Below, in pieces: positions 13,402-26,974 of a DNA stretch of 64,000 nt. Within the stretch, counting starts at the first letter, position 1. The number at the start of each line of letters is the position of its first letter. This DNA is from Catajapyx aquilonaris (lineage: Eukaryota). Location of the stretch: the NCBI GenBank assembly GCA_000934665.2, contig JYFJ02001832.1:1-64000 (forward strand). The letters run 5' to 3'. The translations under genes were made by a program, and so were the position numbers. Under the pieces are notes generated by a model. That model was not told the DNA's origin, did no database searches, and was given only the letters and a program-made list of their open reading frames with translations.

Positions 13402-13629
13402 CAGGGCTATTCAACTGGCGGACCACGGGGCAATTTTGTCAGGACTGCGACGATATACCACTACAGTCATATGACTCATGAAAAATGTTTCAATGTCCTG
13501 TCGAAAGGGTAGTTTGGGGCACCCGTGAAGAATAGGGGGAAAGTGACTCGGAGGACAGGATCAAAAACAATAATTACCGAAGCTATATGAAAATGCAACT
13601 TTTCTCCCTGGAAGGTTCTGAGAAGTAGA

Positions 13630-13661
<32 letters not shown>

Positions 13662-13743
13662 TTTTTTGGGGGGGGGGGGNGGGGGGGGGGGGGATCCAGG
13701 AGGTAAATCCTGGACGTTGTCATATACTAGTTGAATAGCCCTG
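13402..13743. mobile_element. hAT MITE
   Basis: 15-bp TIR CAGGGCTATTCAACT/AGTTGAATAGCCCTG with perfect 8-bp TSD GCTTATTC. Confidence 0.9.
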
Positions 13744-13843
13744 GCTTATTCAGAGAGCCCAGGTGCTGTGAAAAATGTGCAATTGGGTAACTTGTGTATG
13801 ATGGCCAATGATTACACCTCAGAAACTCTTTACCACCACAACT

Positions 13844-14115
13844 CAGTGGCGGAACTAGGGTAGTTCAGACCACTACCACCATATCGTCCGCAAACAATGT
13901 CGCAAACAAATGTCCCGTATTGTCAATTCGTATGTTATCAATGTAAATATGAAGTATATTTGGCCTCGGCAGTAATATTGCACTTTTCTATGGGTTATTT
14001 TCCGTTTTGCCCCAAATTTGGGGTCGCCAGGTAGGGTTGTGACCTTGAACCGGAAAAAAAATCGCCCGCGGCGCCCCCCNCCCCCCCCTGAAATTAATTT
14101 CTGGATCTGTCACTG
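13844..14115. mobile_element. hAT-like MITE (CAGTGGCGGA-type termini); related element at about 57270-57630
   Basis: CAGTGGCGGAACTAG ... CTGGATCTGTCACTG; no clear TSD. Confidence 0.5.
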
Positions 14116-15523
14116 TGTGTGTGTGAGAGAGAGAGAGAGCTAGGCTCAACTTTGCCCTTTGAAACGTATGTATAGCAAAGTGTTTGATGAGTTTCTCTGT
14201 GCGCCCCTTATTTTTGTTCCAGGGATCTGGTCACATTTATTTAGTTCGAATAATTTATTGGTAGCACCTATTTTCAAGGTTAAATAAGCAATGTTGTCAT
14301 TACTCCCATGTACAGAAATATCTGGGCCTTCTGCATTTTTCACATTATGTCTTATCCTACTACTGACACAATTTTTAGTGGAATTTGTTCATAATGTCAA
14401 GATGAAAAAGTGAAACTCAGGTTTGTCCAAACTACTCTCGTATTGCAAAAATTAACATTGTCAAGAATCACACATTCTGAAGTCAAGCTCAAGTTTCGGT
14501 AAGAGGTAGGTCACAATACCTGTTCTATACCTTGGAATGTGTGACTTTGTGGCTGAGTACCCCCTTCCTGAACTGTCACCCTTCCACCACTCTCAGGCAG
14601 GGCCTTCTTGCAAGTGCAATACCCTAATCACATCTTGCAGGTTGCAATTCAGACACACACCTAAATGGCAGAAGGTAAGCCATTTCCTTATGGGAACTGC
14701 AAGGAATAGTGAAAGGGAGATGTCACAAGTTGAGGACAGTAACTCAACTCCTCCCCCGAGCTATTTCATTTGCAGGAGCTGATTTCACTACCAAACCCGG
14801 GGAGAAATTACACTCTTGGCATCCACAATAATTGAAATAGTTTTATATATGCAGTTAACACAACTTAATGTGTACTTGTGAAAATTCCTGCTGGCCACGC
14901 ATTAGGAATCCTTGACAGGTGAGATCTCCCATGTTAAGTTGGTGGTCCCAGTCACAAAGAAACAAGTGCCAGCTCATGCAGTGGTCAGTTCTTTTGTCAG
15001 AATTGTCCCTGCCCTCAGAAAAAAAGAACAATATTCCTCTTTTCAGGCAAGAGGGATTTCCTCATGGCAGGACTGTTGGTATTAACCACACTAATTTATC
15101 CGTTAATTTACTGAAACACTTAAAAGCCTGAGATTAGCAACACAATGGCACTAACAATATGTAGAATATGTATATCAAAGCTGTAAGTGAGGAAGTCCCA
15201 CCTACAATTCAGAAGCACAAGTGGCAATAATCACATGAGATAATGTAATATAAACCTATACCTTGCCACAAACTGGAACCTGTGCATTGCCTCTCCATTA
15301 CACTAGACTGCCTTGAAGCTAACAACCACTTGCTGAATTCTGCATGACATACTTCCATCACATTGTTTACAAAAAACAATAGAAAAATTCAAAATCTTTA
15401 CATTATACATTTATCAGTCACTTCCTCAATGAAAGGCAGTTAAAAACATAGAAAAAATGGATGTAAGTCAGTGGTTGCCACTTGCCAGCTTGCTTATAAA
15501 ACTTCACTTCAGTCAATTCCATT

Positions 15524-18218
15524 TTAGCCCTCATCTCCCATTCCCCTGTCCTTGGTTTTTCCCTTGTCCTCAGGTACCTCTTTGTTGCTAGAAGCCAATC
15601 CCTTACCACCCACATCCTCTGCCTGCCTCTCAATTTCCAGATCCATGTCATGTTTGAGTCCTCGAATAGCTAAGTCATAGACAACTTCTTCCACTTTTTT
15701 CAAGTCATACTTCAGAGCATCATATCTCTTGCGCAACTGGTCATTTTTGAGGTTCAGAAGATGAAATCCAGAGTTCAGCTCCTTCATAAATTTCAGGATC
15801 TGCAGGGGGCGATCATAATCACCAGCAGTCACACTGTTTACTGCAAAGCGAGACTGAAAAAAAAACATGTCAACACAAGTTTTAAATATTAGAATTGTCA
15901 GATACTTTACCAGCTCTGATGCCAATTGCAGCAACCCATTCAGGTAGTCTTCCAAGTCAAGGTGAAAGTCACCCCGTTCAACAGCAACTAAAAATACCAA
16001 GTAACATATTAATTCAGTGGATTGTCCATAAAATCTGTCACGCTGGTAGAAGATATGGAAGAAGTTCAGGCTGGTGAGAGTTAAATGCCGAAAGGCAAGT
16101 GTATGCCTAATCATATACAGAGTGTTTGTTACTAGTCCAGCCAATGGGTGTCAATGTATTCCTTGAGCCAAAAGAAGTCGAAAATGTAGGGGGGAGAAAT
16201 GTCGAGGGAGAAACCAGTAAAATCACCTTGACCAGAAACATTGGTCAATGGTTGCCGAAGAAGCAGGATATGAGCGTGAAAATTGCGACTGTTGGTATTT
16301 GCAAGGTGACCTCTTTCACAGAAATGATTATCACTGCTCATATCCTGCAACTTCGGCAACCACTGGCCATTGTTTCTGGTCGTCTACCTCATTAACGGTT
16401 GGTACCTCGACATTTCTCCTCCCTACATTTTCGACTTGTTTCGGCCCAAGGAATACGCTGACGCCTGTTGGTTGGACTAGTTAGTAATACCCTGTAGATT
16501 GAACGCAGGCAAGGCAACCCTTTTATGATACATGAACTCTCCATGTTCATATTTTGAAAAGTGCTGGTTAGTAATAAATGTAAAACACATGATGTATCAA
16601 AGGTACATTCACACAACCTTCTTTTTCATAATTTACCTACACTTATCACATACAGGGGTTGGACAGAATAATAGGCCCCCCTGCAAAAACGGGTTGAAAC
16701 TTCGAGACTGTTTCATTCTAAAACTGGAAAAGGTACAAAGATGACTTTTACCTAGTTTTGAAGCTCCGTCGATGTCCATTTGTGGGGACATGCAGGCAAC
16801 GCAAAAATCTCGAGAAGGGGAGAGAAACAAAAGACGAACCCTCCCCCCCAGGCCCCATTTTTGACCCAAGTGTCCCACCCTTTTCATTTGAAAACGAAAA
16901 CAGTTATAAATTATGAACTTTACTGGGTTTTGAAGCTCTATTGATGTCACTCGTGTGGTATAGAGATGTACTAAAATTACTGACAGGAGGCAGGGGGAAA
17001 AATATAAATGACACCCCCCTTCCCCTGCACTAAATCTGAGAAGAGGTTGGACAAAATCATGTACATTAAGTTTGGGTCGAATTTTCGTCCCACTGCTAGT
17101 AACTACTAACTTAGCAGCAGCATATTTGGCACTGGTACTGCTAAGTTAGCATTAACTATAGCAGTGGGACAAAAAATTTCCATTGTTAGCATTAATGCAG
17201 TGCAGGGGAAGGGGGGTGTCGCTTATATTTTTTACCCCGCCCCCTGTCGGTAATTTTGGTCCATCTCTATACCACACAAAGTGAAATTGATAAGACCTTC
17301 AAAACCCAGTCAAGTTCATCTGTAACTGTTTTTGTATTCAAATGAAAAGGGTGGGACACTTTGGTCAAAAATGGGGCCAGGGGGGGTAACGTTCGTCTTT
17401 TGTGTCTCACGCCTCTTGTGATTTTTGCTTCATCTGCATACCTCGACAAATGTACACCAACAGAGTTTCAAAACTAGGGAAAAGTCATCTTTGTACCTTT
17501 TCCAGTTTTCGAATAAAACAGGCGAGATGTTTCAACTTCTTTTTGCAGGGGGCCCTATAATTCTGTACAACCCAATGGTACAACCCCTGAACGTACATGA
17601 ATCCAAAGTGTGCCTATGCACTTCCTGAGGATCAGAAAATGTATTTCACCTTCGGATTCAGGATTTTTAGCCCTATTTTTAGAGCCAAACTTGTTTTTTG
17701 AGTGGGATGTCCCTTTAAGGCTGAGCGCAAATCATGCAATGAAGGTGCAACGTTGCCCCTATTTGTTGCATTGAGACAGGATACGCGCGCAGCTTTCGTA
17801 CAACAATACGTCACATTGCACACCCGACGCATATCATCCAATTTTGATGCGATCTTAGGCGCGGAATTGCAGTACAGTACTCCATAATTTTAGGGAAGGA
17901 ATACCATTCACAGTTCATGAATGAGGTCATTCTCGATCACTGTTTGTGTACTATCCACGCTCCATGGGCCACTGGTACTGGTACAAGGTAACCGGTACGT
18001 CACATACTTTGGTACAGTATTGCCTAGTATTTACTCATTGCCAGCAAGTCACAACATTAGCATGGGTCCCCCTACACTCGTGGGGCCCTCGGGAAACTGG
18101 GCAGCGTGCTCATGAGTTAAGACAGCCCTCCTTCCAACACTGCATCGAAGATTCACCGAGATTCACTCCGACCTGGGCGCCGCCATCTTGGAAATTGCCT
18201 CCGATTGGGGGGGGGGGG

Positions 18219-18265
<47 letters not shown>

Positions 18266-19948
18266 AGAGTGTTTTCAAGCAGTGCTGGAAACCTGCAACA
18301 CCCCTGCGACCTCGGAGGAAAGCGGCGCGCACACCCTGCGCCTGCAACGTCGCTGCAACTTCACATGATTTGCGCTCGGCCTAAGGTGACTACTGCAGGA
18401 ACATCAGTTGCAACATATCATGGCAACCTTATGTCGTGTCCACTTTTAAACCGAGATATACATAATGCCCATGCAGGGTCTTGCCCCACTTCACCTTACT
18501 ATGTGTTTAATAATTTAGCTCACATCCATATTGGTTGAAATACCATGCACTGTTCTGTGTGAAGTTGGCATTCCTGAGCCCACCCAATTTTGGTTGGTAT
18601 GAAGACCCGAACACACACCACCCTCCCTGCACAACTTCCAGAGCTCTCCCTTTCCTCACTCCCTTCCCACCACCTCAGAGTGCAACAGGCCTTGTGGGCA
18701 TACACAACATTTCTTAACATGGGTGAAAGCTTAATTATACAGGGTGGTTGGTCAATGGCGTACAAGCTTCACGTAGCGAGATTCCTTGTGAAAAACCAGC
18801 ATAGGGAAGTAAAGGTCCGATTGCTCTATGATGCGTGGTTATAGCTCACGAGTTCTTCAAAAGCTGGAGCCAAATGGTGACGTCACATCCGCCTGCAAAA
18901 TTCAAACAATACCATATCGCTACTGTATGCAGTGTGTTGCCAGATGTTCCCATACCGCCGTCCCCCACATTCCCACGTGTTTATAAGGTTCAAGATTGTT
19001 GGGTGGGAAGTGGGTGGGAATGTGGGAGATGGCAACATCTGGCAATGCAATGCATACAGTAGCAATACAGTATTGTTTGAATTTTGCGGGCGGAGGTGAC
19101 GTGACGTAACAATTTGGCTCCGACTTTCGGAGGGCTTGTGAGCGATAACCACGCATCATAAAACAATCAGACCTTCACTCCCTTATGCTGGTTTTTCACA
19201 AGGAATCTCGCTATGTGAAGCTTGTGGGCCATTTACTCACCACTCTGTGTATAGTAGTGAACCTTCTCATGATCACAAAATCAGAGAGGACAGCATTGAA
19301 TGCAACATGTGTAAAGTTACTATCAACTTCTACAAGCAACATCATACTTTCTGCTTATTGAAAATCAGTTAAGTGAGGGGAATTTCTATAAGCTTTCCTG
19401 TGGGACCATTCTGTATATTAGACATATGCCCTCTTCCCATGCAAGAATTTACACAGCCAACAGGATCTCCAGACATAAAATAGGAATTATGCCAAAATAA
19501 GGTGCAACTATTACAGCAAAATCATAAATTGGATATTCAGATCAAAAGGGCAAAGAATGACTTTGAACAATGAAGCTAACAAAGTCTAGTGAAAGGGACA
19601 TTTCTGGGCCTATAAACATATCATCCTTTACAGATGCCCACCCGACCAAAAAATAACCACCTTACCTCCCAAAAGATTGCAAACTTGTTCACGAGTGGCC
19701 AAAGTGTCAGTCTCTAAGTATATGGTCAGTGCAGCTAAGAAGACCAGACGCTGGGTGGAAAAGCGCCAGTGATCATGAAAACGGTAAAACTGGTTGGCAG
19801 GAACCTTCAGTTTCAAAGTAGCATAGTGATCTTGAACCTTCTTAAAGGACTGACGAGAACGTTCACATATGCTTGGTACTGAAAAATAAATTACCACAAT
19901 TAAAATATTTAATATCTGGCCCTCCCTGCATTTGGAGACAGGGAGGAA

Positions 19949-20008
<60 letters not shown>

Positions 20009-20861
20009 TATTATTATTATTATTATTATTATTATTTTATGAGGAAGTGCTACAGTGTTATCTGGTGGAGAGGAAAAGATCCTGCATAGATTTCCCAAGG
20101 AGAGAATAACACCCAGCTGATGTGTTTGCAGCTCTGATTACTAACATTGGGTCTTTCCACTTTTGCACTGATGCTAATATTAGGCTGAGTGGACCCACCT
20201 TTTGAAGTGAACCAGGGTAATAACTGCAATCAACCATGATTTTCAATAGGCCAAGGGAACAGGGTGTTTCTTACTAGTAGGTCAACCCGAAGTCAGCATA
20301 TTCCTTATGCCAAATCAAGTCGAAAATGTGTGTGTGTTCCCGTCTGTCATAAGCTCAGAGGACAAAAACCCAGGTATTTACTATAACTGTGGGGACATAC
20401 CCAATCGTGAGGACATTTTCAGGTCCCCACAGCTAAAATCACCTGTTAGGTACTACTTTAGTGGGGACATGGTGGACCATGGTCCCCACAATTAGGGTCA
20501 CAAAAAATCCATTTTTCTCAGCCAAGGTTAGGTAGGTTAGGTTATAGGGTAGGTTATAAGTTAGGTTCTGGTAGGTTAGGTTAGGGTAGGTTACACTAGC
20601 TTAGAAAAGTTGGGTTATCTAAGTCCCTGAGCTTATGGCGCATCAGTCTGTGGGGTGGGGGGGGGGGGGGGGTGTGTGTGTGTGTGCATGTGTGTTGAGT
20701 GTCGAGGTACCAACCATTACCAAGGTAGATGACCAGAAACATTGGCCAGTGCAGTGGTTACCTCTTTCACAAAAGTGATTATCTCATATCCTGCTCCCTA
20801 GGCAACCACTGGCCAATGTCTCTGGTTGTCTATCTCGTTACAGGTTGGTCCCTTGACATAT

Positions 20862-20892
<31 letters not shown>

Positions 20893-23800
20893 ACCCCACC
20901 CCCACGCACACACATTTTTCACTTGTTTTGGAGTACGCTGACTTTGAGTTGACCTTCTAATAAGAAACAACCTGTATGTAAATTCCTTAGGCCCCTGTCC
21001 TGAGACAGACTCCCTCTCTTTCAATAACAATGAAAAGTAACTATGCAAAGTAGCTGCTTAACCCTTTGTTTCCCACTGGATTCCGCACATTTTTGTGGGG
21101 GTATAAAAATTACACCCTAGGTGAAAATCACTGGATCAAAAAAATCCAAGATAATTCTATATGGTTCACCAGTCCCTCTGATGAATTATGAAAACATAAA
21201 GTGTCCGCTTAAAAACTTTTATAAAGGTCCGGTTTAAAAGGATGTAATGTGAGCCACCAGGTGCAAAGAAAATGGCTCAAGTGCCAAGCGGCCACCGCCT
21301 CGAGCTCGGAGCAGTCCGCCCGGCCAATCAGGAGCGAGGAGGCCATTTTCATGGTCGCAATGGCACCGGGGGAGTTTGCCTAACATTCACAGATCATTCA
21401 GATTTTCCCCCGGCGAAAATTAAGTCGCAGAATTTTGGGAATTTTAAAAATGGGTTTCAGCTGCACGTCCACTTACCAGAATATATGTGGCAGGGAATCT
21501 ATTTAAATTCGTGCAGTATTTGTATTCTATGAATGAGACCTTTGGCCTATGACGTCATGCCATTAAAAATATCATGCGAGTGGCGTAAATACCCAGGAAC
21601 ATACACACTACGAACATTACCTCATTTTCGTCAGGGTTGTACCAGTGAATTGTAACAAATTATTTTGTCTTGCGATATTATAATATCACAAGATGGCCGC
21701 GGGAGACAAAGGGTTACTCATTCATTCATTCATTACATCACAGCATTAATCCCATAATAACCTTCTTAGTGCCAAAAATATCTAACTACTAACAAGGGAA
21801 TGACCAAGGGTGGTCACTTCCGATTTGGCTGAAACTTGCATGAGGGGTCAATCACGTGCCATAAACACAGTGGTGAAAGTCTTAAATTCTCATTTTCAGC
21901 AGTTTCCGAGATATGAGCGACAGAAACATCCAAATTTAGAGGTCAGGCGGGAAAGGACAAGTGCAAGGCCCCTATACGTGCGGGCAAAATTCGGATGTTT
22001 CTGTCACTTGCATCTCGGAAATGGCTGAAAACAGCAATTTAGGGCTTTCACCACAGTGTATATAGTACATGATTGACCCCTCATGCAAGTTTCAGCCAAA
22101 TCGGAGGCGACCACCCTTGGTCACAACTTGGTCATTCCCTTGTAAGCATACTTCAAATGGACCACCCTTTATAAATAGTATTTTTGTATAATATACTAGT
22201 GAGACGTTACCCTACAAGCATAATTATTTACATGTCAAAATTGTAGGGGTGAGAAATATCAAAAGACCAACCAATAGAGAGATACATGACCAGACACATT
22301 TTCTTTTCCATAGGCAGACTTGACAACACAGTCATTTCATTGCCTAAAGCCTGTTTTACGAATTCGCTTTTCGCGTTATAAAGTAACTTCATAAGGCAGG
22401 ACGGCAAGCAACGCGCGCGGCAGACCAATTTATCACAAGACAACACACAGCACACAGACGGGTTTTGCTGTCGGAAGAGCGAGCTGCCGGCTTCAAATTC
22501 TCCAGAAGTCGGGCAGCATGCTGTCGTGTTGAGCCTATCGAAAGGATGGTCTTCCAGTCCTGTGACAACCACGCCCTCCTCACCTCCTTTCCTCCTCGTG
22601 CCCCCCACCTTGCTTCTTTTCCCCCTGTTTTTTTCCAGTCCGCCTGGCCGGTAATGTCCCGTCCTTTTGCCCCCCCCCCCTCCCCNTCGCCTCGTATGTG
22701 GTCCAGGACACTGCCCTCACCCGGCTAACCGCCCCAGAGCCCGCCCGACCCCAGGTTGGCCTAGCTCATGTACAGTACCGCTCAGAAAGAATGGTACGCC
22801 TCTACATGGAAATTTGTCACCCTGACTGTCGAGGGCTTCCCCGCAACACATGGGAGGGGGGAGCAGGGGGTGGTAAGGTGGGGAGGACAACCCCCGCCTC
22901 CTCAAGACCAGACCCGATTAATGCCCGCTTGAGAGGTGAAAGCGAGGTCAGGGCATTTTGGATAGCTTTGAAGGGTCATGCATTGAATTGACTAGATTAT
23001 TGCTCAATGCTCGTTGCAGTTATGTCCGCGCCGAACAAATATAATCTTTACAATTATTGATCATCACAAAATCACACCTCAGCCTTCATTCCAAGTGGTA
23101 GGAAAGTGTCACAACACCATCACCATCTCTAGAGGCTGACCATTTGGCATTATAATGGGACCACGAATGGGACCGACATTGTGCAACCAACATGTATCAG
23201 CTCCACTGTCACATTTCGTTGAAGAATAAGTAACACCAGGTTTTGTCCGCCGCCACTTAATGCCACGCATTATTGCATGTCAAACAGCAGACAGGTGAAA
23301 ATGTCTAACTTGTAAAGGTGTCACGTAAGCAAGAGGGGTACTGATGCAGCTTGATCACTGGCGTCGCAATCGTTGTCGCATATCTTTATGATCGTCACGA
23401 CGACCAGTGTAATATTTGCAGAGGCATACGGATATTGTTGTGTCACATGGGTAACACATGGGGCTAGAATGCCTACCACATCAGGCATGAAATACAATGT
23501 GAGTGGCGTAATTTCACCAACTTAACCTATTCACATGAAACATGCCATAATGCGGCCTGGCAATTTTTGGGAAAATTTCGAAAGACCAGAAAGCAGTACG
23601 AAAATAGGAAAACACGTAATTACATTGTAGGCGTGATGTGTACTATATGTTAGATGTTGCTTAACATCAGTGGTTCCCTTTGTTATTATTGGCGACCACA
23701 AAAAATCGTTCCGTGAAATTCACGACCTCCTATAGATGTTCATATTTTGATCCCCCAACATGAAAAGACAGGTAAAAAATGAAAGAAAAATCATTGATAA

Positions 23801-26800
23801 CCATTGTAGAGGATCGGAATTGTTTTGTAACTGGGCCTAATTTACGAGAAATAGCATAATTTTGTGTGGATAAATTTTTGCCCTCCCTCGCGACCCCAAG
23901 TGGGGTCTCGACCCACAGTTTGGGAAGCACTGATTACCATGCATATACGGTTGCTGGTATTATTTAATTCAGATATTGTTCCCCCCAAGAGACCACTGCT
24001 CTATCACGGGGTAAACAAAATAAATATAAATAAATAAATAAATTCAGATATTGACAAGTAGCAGCCAATACGGGCTTTTCAGGATTGAAACGTAATCCGC
24101 GGTCAAGGATAACGCATGGTCAAGCAGCTTTGTATTGCTCGTGGTTTTATAATCACTCCCAAGTAAAATGACACAAGTAACATACAAAATAAATGGGCGC
24201 CATCTATCACATAGGGTGATCCAGAGCATCTAAACTCGGCCCCGTCTTTACTACTGCCTTCAACTTACCAATACAAATCTGTTTAATATCTGCTTCGTTA
24301 TCCTGATTACTTTGCAGATGATTAAATTGGTGAAAATGCTGCTTCACTTTTCTACCGGGGGTAAGCATTTTTGTCAATGGAACTCTTAGGGTGACATCTT
24401 CATTTATTGTGGTGTGCTATTAGAACATTATTTGCTACACTTAATTTTTTTTTTATTATTATTATTATTATTTTTTACGTTACCCCGTGATAAGGCTGAG
24501 CCTTTTTAGGGGGGTGGAATACCACCATTTTACTCCATTTTCATATATTAACTTCATTCACCGGTGCAAGGAGTCAAGGATGTAGGGTAAGGATAGGGAT
24601 TTTTGAGGAGGGAACATAGGGTGCAAGTGCAAGGTCTGTAAAGGGGTCATGTGCTGTTCCCCAGGAGGTTAGGTTGCCAGACACCTCCTTGGTGCAGGTC
24701 AGAGACCCTCCTGACGCAGGTGAAAGGAAAGTTCCCCAGGCGGGGATCGAACCTGGGGCCTTTCACTCAGCAAGCCGAGACGTTACCATCACGGCCACCA
24801 CACCTCCCCCTGCTACACTTAATATATATCTTGAAAGTATCTCGTTTCAATCCTGAGAACGTCAGATTTGCTGCTCCTTGCCAATATCTGAATTAAATAA
24901 TGGCCCCAACCGTATATGCGTGATAAGTAACATTTAACTTACACATCTCCTTACAATGCAATTACGTGTTTTCCTATTTTCGTACCGCTTTCTGGTCTTT
25001 CGAAATTTTCCCAGAAATTGCCAAGCCGCATTAAGCGATGTTTCATGTGAATAGGTTAAGTTGGCGAAATTACGCCCCTCACACTGTATTTCACGCCTGA
25101 TGTGTTAGGTATTCTAGCGCCATGTGTTACCCATGTGACACAACAATATCCGTATGCCGATGCAAATATTACACTGGTCGTCGCTACGATCATGAAGATA
25201 TGCGACAACGATTGCAACGCCAGTGATCAAGCTGCATCAGTACCCCTCTTGCTTACGTGACACCTTTACAAGTGGGACATTTTCACCTGTCCGCTGTTTG
25301 ACGTGCGATAAACTGTGGCATTAAGTTTAGTGGCGGCGGACAAAACCTGGTGTTACTTCTTCTTCAACGAAATGTGACAGTGGAGCTGATACATGTTGGT
25401 TGCACAGTATCGGTCCCATTCGTGCTCCCATTATAATGCCGAATGGTCAGCCTCTAGAGATGGTGACGGTGTTGTGACACTTTCCTGCCGACACAGCTGC
25501 CGAAGGGTTTTGATGTCTGGAGACATGGCTTTTGGCGCCTCAGTGAGCATTGCCATTCATTCAGTCAATTCTCAAGTGTATCTGTTGGGTGCAGCTTGAT
25601 GTCCTCTTTCGGGGGGCGATTTCTGTATGAGTCATTTTCGGTAACGAACCTGAGACATCTGCATGAGTTGGTTCGTTATCGGCAATATCAAAAAATTCCC
25701 GTACGCACCCTATAGGTACCAATGATTTGGAGCATCTCACTTGCAGACCTCCATGGGAGTCATGAAATAAAGCAGTGTGCAAAGATTCAGCCGAATACAA
25801 TAACTTCATGTATTTATTTCGACGGTAACGAACCAACGCATCCACCTTCCACCTCGCGCGCTCCCTCTGATGTCGGCTTCCAGCTCACGACAGCGACTTC
25901 CACAGTAGTCAAGAATCGTGAAAACACGATCGTAAACAATAGAGTCTTAATTCAACTACTTAAGTTGATTGACATAATGTCATCCCAGCCTATGCCACGA
26001 CGATCAACCACTTGCAGGACCAGATCAGCAAGTTAGCATTTCCCTGGATGAACCTGTCTTCTCACAATCATGGCCAGCTGCATGTGGCACTGTCCTGATC
26101 TCGCAACCCAAGTCAGGTCAAAGTGTTCACTACTCCTACTGCTCAACACGGAACATTGCTCTCCAACAACAGAGTGTTTACACACAATGTTGTGTATAGC
26201 GAGGTTTTATGAAAACTTTTCTCATGTCCGATTCAAGAAGTGTACAGTATGTCGTTTAATTCAATGCCACTCAATTTTTCAACCCCGTATTACGACCAGT
26301 TATACGCGAGCCCTCCCATTCCATTTTTTCATTACCAATGTCTTCCTCATTGCAGGTTTTGCCAAATTTTGGCTACGGGTGCGCTAGTTACAAATAATTA
26401 TTTTAGTCTTTGTGGCAAGTAATAACTGTCATCCAACCATTCTTCTTGTAAAAGATGTAGGGCCTATAATTTTTTGAAACAGCTATGCCAAATGGCTCTG
26501 AACCCATGTTCTGCAAACTAACTAAACAGTACTTCCAGTTGTTTTTTCATCCCAATCATGGTCCATGTGAAGTGGCATCCTAACATTTTTTTTTTTACTA
26601 AAACGTGTAGATTTCCTGCATTCATTGGTCAATCATAGTTCATCATTTCCAAGCACACCACTTCACCTACTTTCTCTCCCGCATACCAGAACACTGTTTG
26701 GCAGCTAAGGCTATACTAATGCAAAGCTTGCCCTTACATTTCTTGACACCATCCACCTGATGCATCTCTTGCAGAATGGACAGAATTTCTCTAGAATCCT

Positions 26801-26974
26801 GCTCAATGTCCCGAACCACAAGCCGAATTTCCTGAAAAAAGAATCCCACCCAGTCAACACCACATGATATCACTTGCTATCAAACCATACTTCTCGTGCC
26901 TCCTGATCTGCAGTCATGCTTTCGAGAGCATCTTGAAATAAATCCGACATGTCTGCCGGTGCGTCAAAAACCAT
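15524..26974 (-). CDS. TSN: Translin (C3PO subunit); exons 26974-26891, 26831-26738, 19878-19666, 15987-15911, 15853-15524; 265 aa (257 aa if the ATG at 26950 is used)
   Basis: Motifs DQEAREEIRLVVRDIEQ, QFYRFHDHWRFSTQRLVFLAAL, FHLDLEDYLNGLLQLASELSRFAVNSVTAGDYDRP, NLKNDQLRKRYDALKYDLKKVEEVVYDLAIRGL. GT-AG junctions with phases 0,1,1,0. Confidence 0.96.
16132..16480. mobile_element. Fold-back MITE (CTAGT termini); related copy 20274-20960, fragment about 22228-22300
   Basis: CTAGTCCAGCCAA ... TTGGTTGGACTAG; shared internal motifs GACCAGAAACATTGG and CTCATATCCTGC. Confidence 0.75.
16653..17589. mobile_element. Long fold-back DNA element (~940 bp) in Translin intron 3
   Basis: TA|CAGGGGTTGGACAGAAT ... 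GTACAACCCCTG; ~380-bp inverted arms; central hairpin 17078-17180 also found at 45929-46032. Confidence 0.8.
17632..17714. mobile_element. Solo right end of the Kolobok/T2-like MITE
   Basis: CACCTTCGGATTCAGGATTTTT...TTTTTGAGTGGGATGTCCCT|TTAA. Confidence 0.7.
18740..19247. mobile_element. Tc1/mariner-type palindromic MITE
   Basis: TA|CAGGGTGG ... CCACTCTG; ~240-bp inverted arms with a ~25-bp loop. Confidence 0.8.
19948..20036. repeat. (AAT)n followed directly by (TAT)n microsatellite
   Basis: Read directly; source of the poly-Ile in the ORF track. Confidence 0.95.
20274..20960. mobile_element. CTAGT-type fold-back MITE carrying the nested TTAGG-tract element (20337-20650)
   Basis: CTAGTAGGTCAACCCGAAGTCAGC ... 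GCTGACTTTGAGTTGACCTTCTAA; homologous to 16132-16480. Confidence 0.7.
21062..21713. mobile_element. piggyBac-like MITE (second copy 41740-42570)
   Basis: TTAA|CCCTTTG ... CAAAGGG|TTAC; body aligns with 41740-42570. Confidence 0.8.
21793..22142. mobile_element. Fold-back MITE with CAAGGGAA termini and 3-bp TSD (TAA)
   Basis: TAA|CAAGGGAATGACCAAG ... CTTGGTCATTCCCTTG|TAA. Confidence 0.85.
23668..23932. mobile_element. hAT MITE nested in the left arm
   Basis: CAGTGGTTCCC ... GGGAAGCACTG; degenerate 8-bp TSD CTTAACAT/ATTACCAT; absent from the right arm. Confidence 0.75.
24446..24810 (-). mobile_element. tRNA-derived SINE family A, full length
   Basis: A box TGGCCGTGATGG, B box GGTTCGATCC, (TAA)n/poly-A tail, 13-bp TSD TGCTACACTTAAT. 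Confidence 0.9.

Larger units (their letters stand above)
23100..25486. mobile_element. Large inverted-repeat (fold-back) element with three nested insertions
   Basis: 23100-24108 (minus inserts) is the reverse complement of 24828-25486 over about 650 bp. Confidence 0.85.

Noticed and set aside
19628..20098. 156-aa ORF with a poly-Ile 'transmembrane' stretch
   Set aside because: Poly-Ile is an intronic microsatellite; only 19878-19666 is Translin exon 3.
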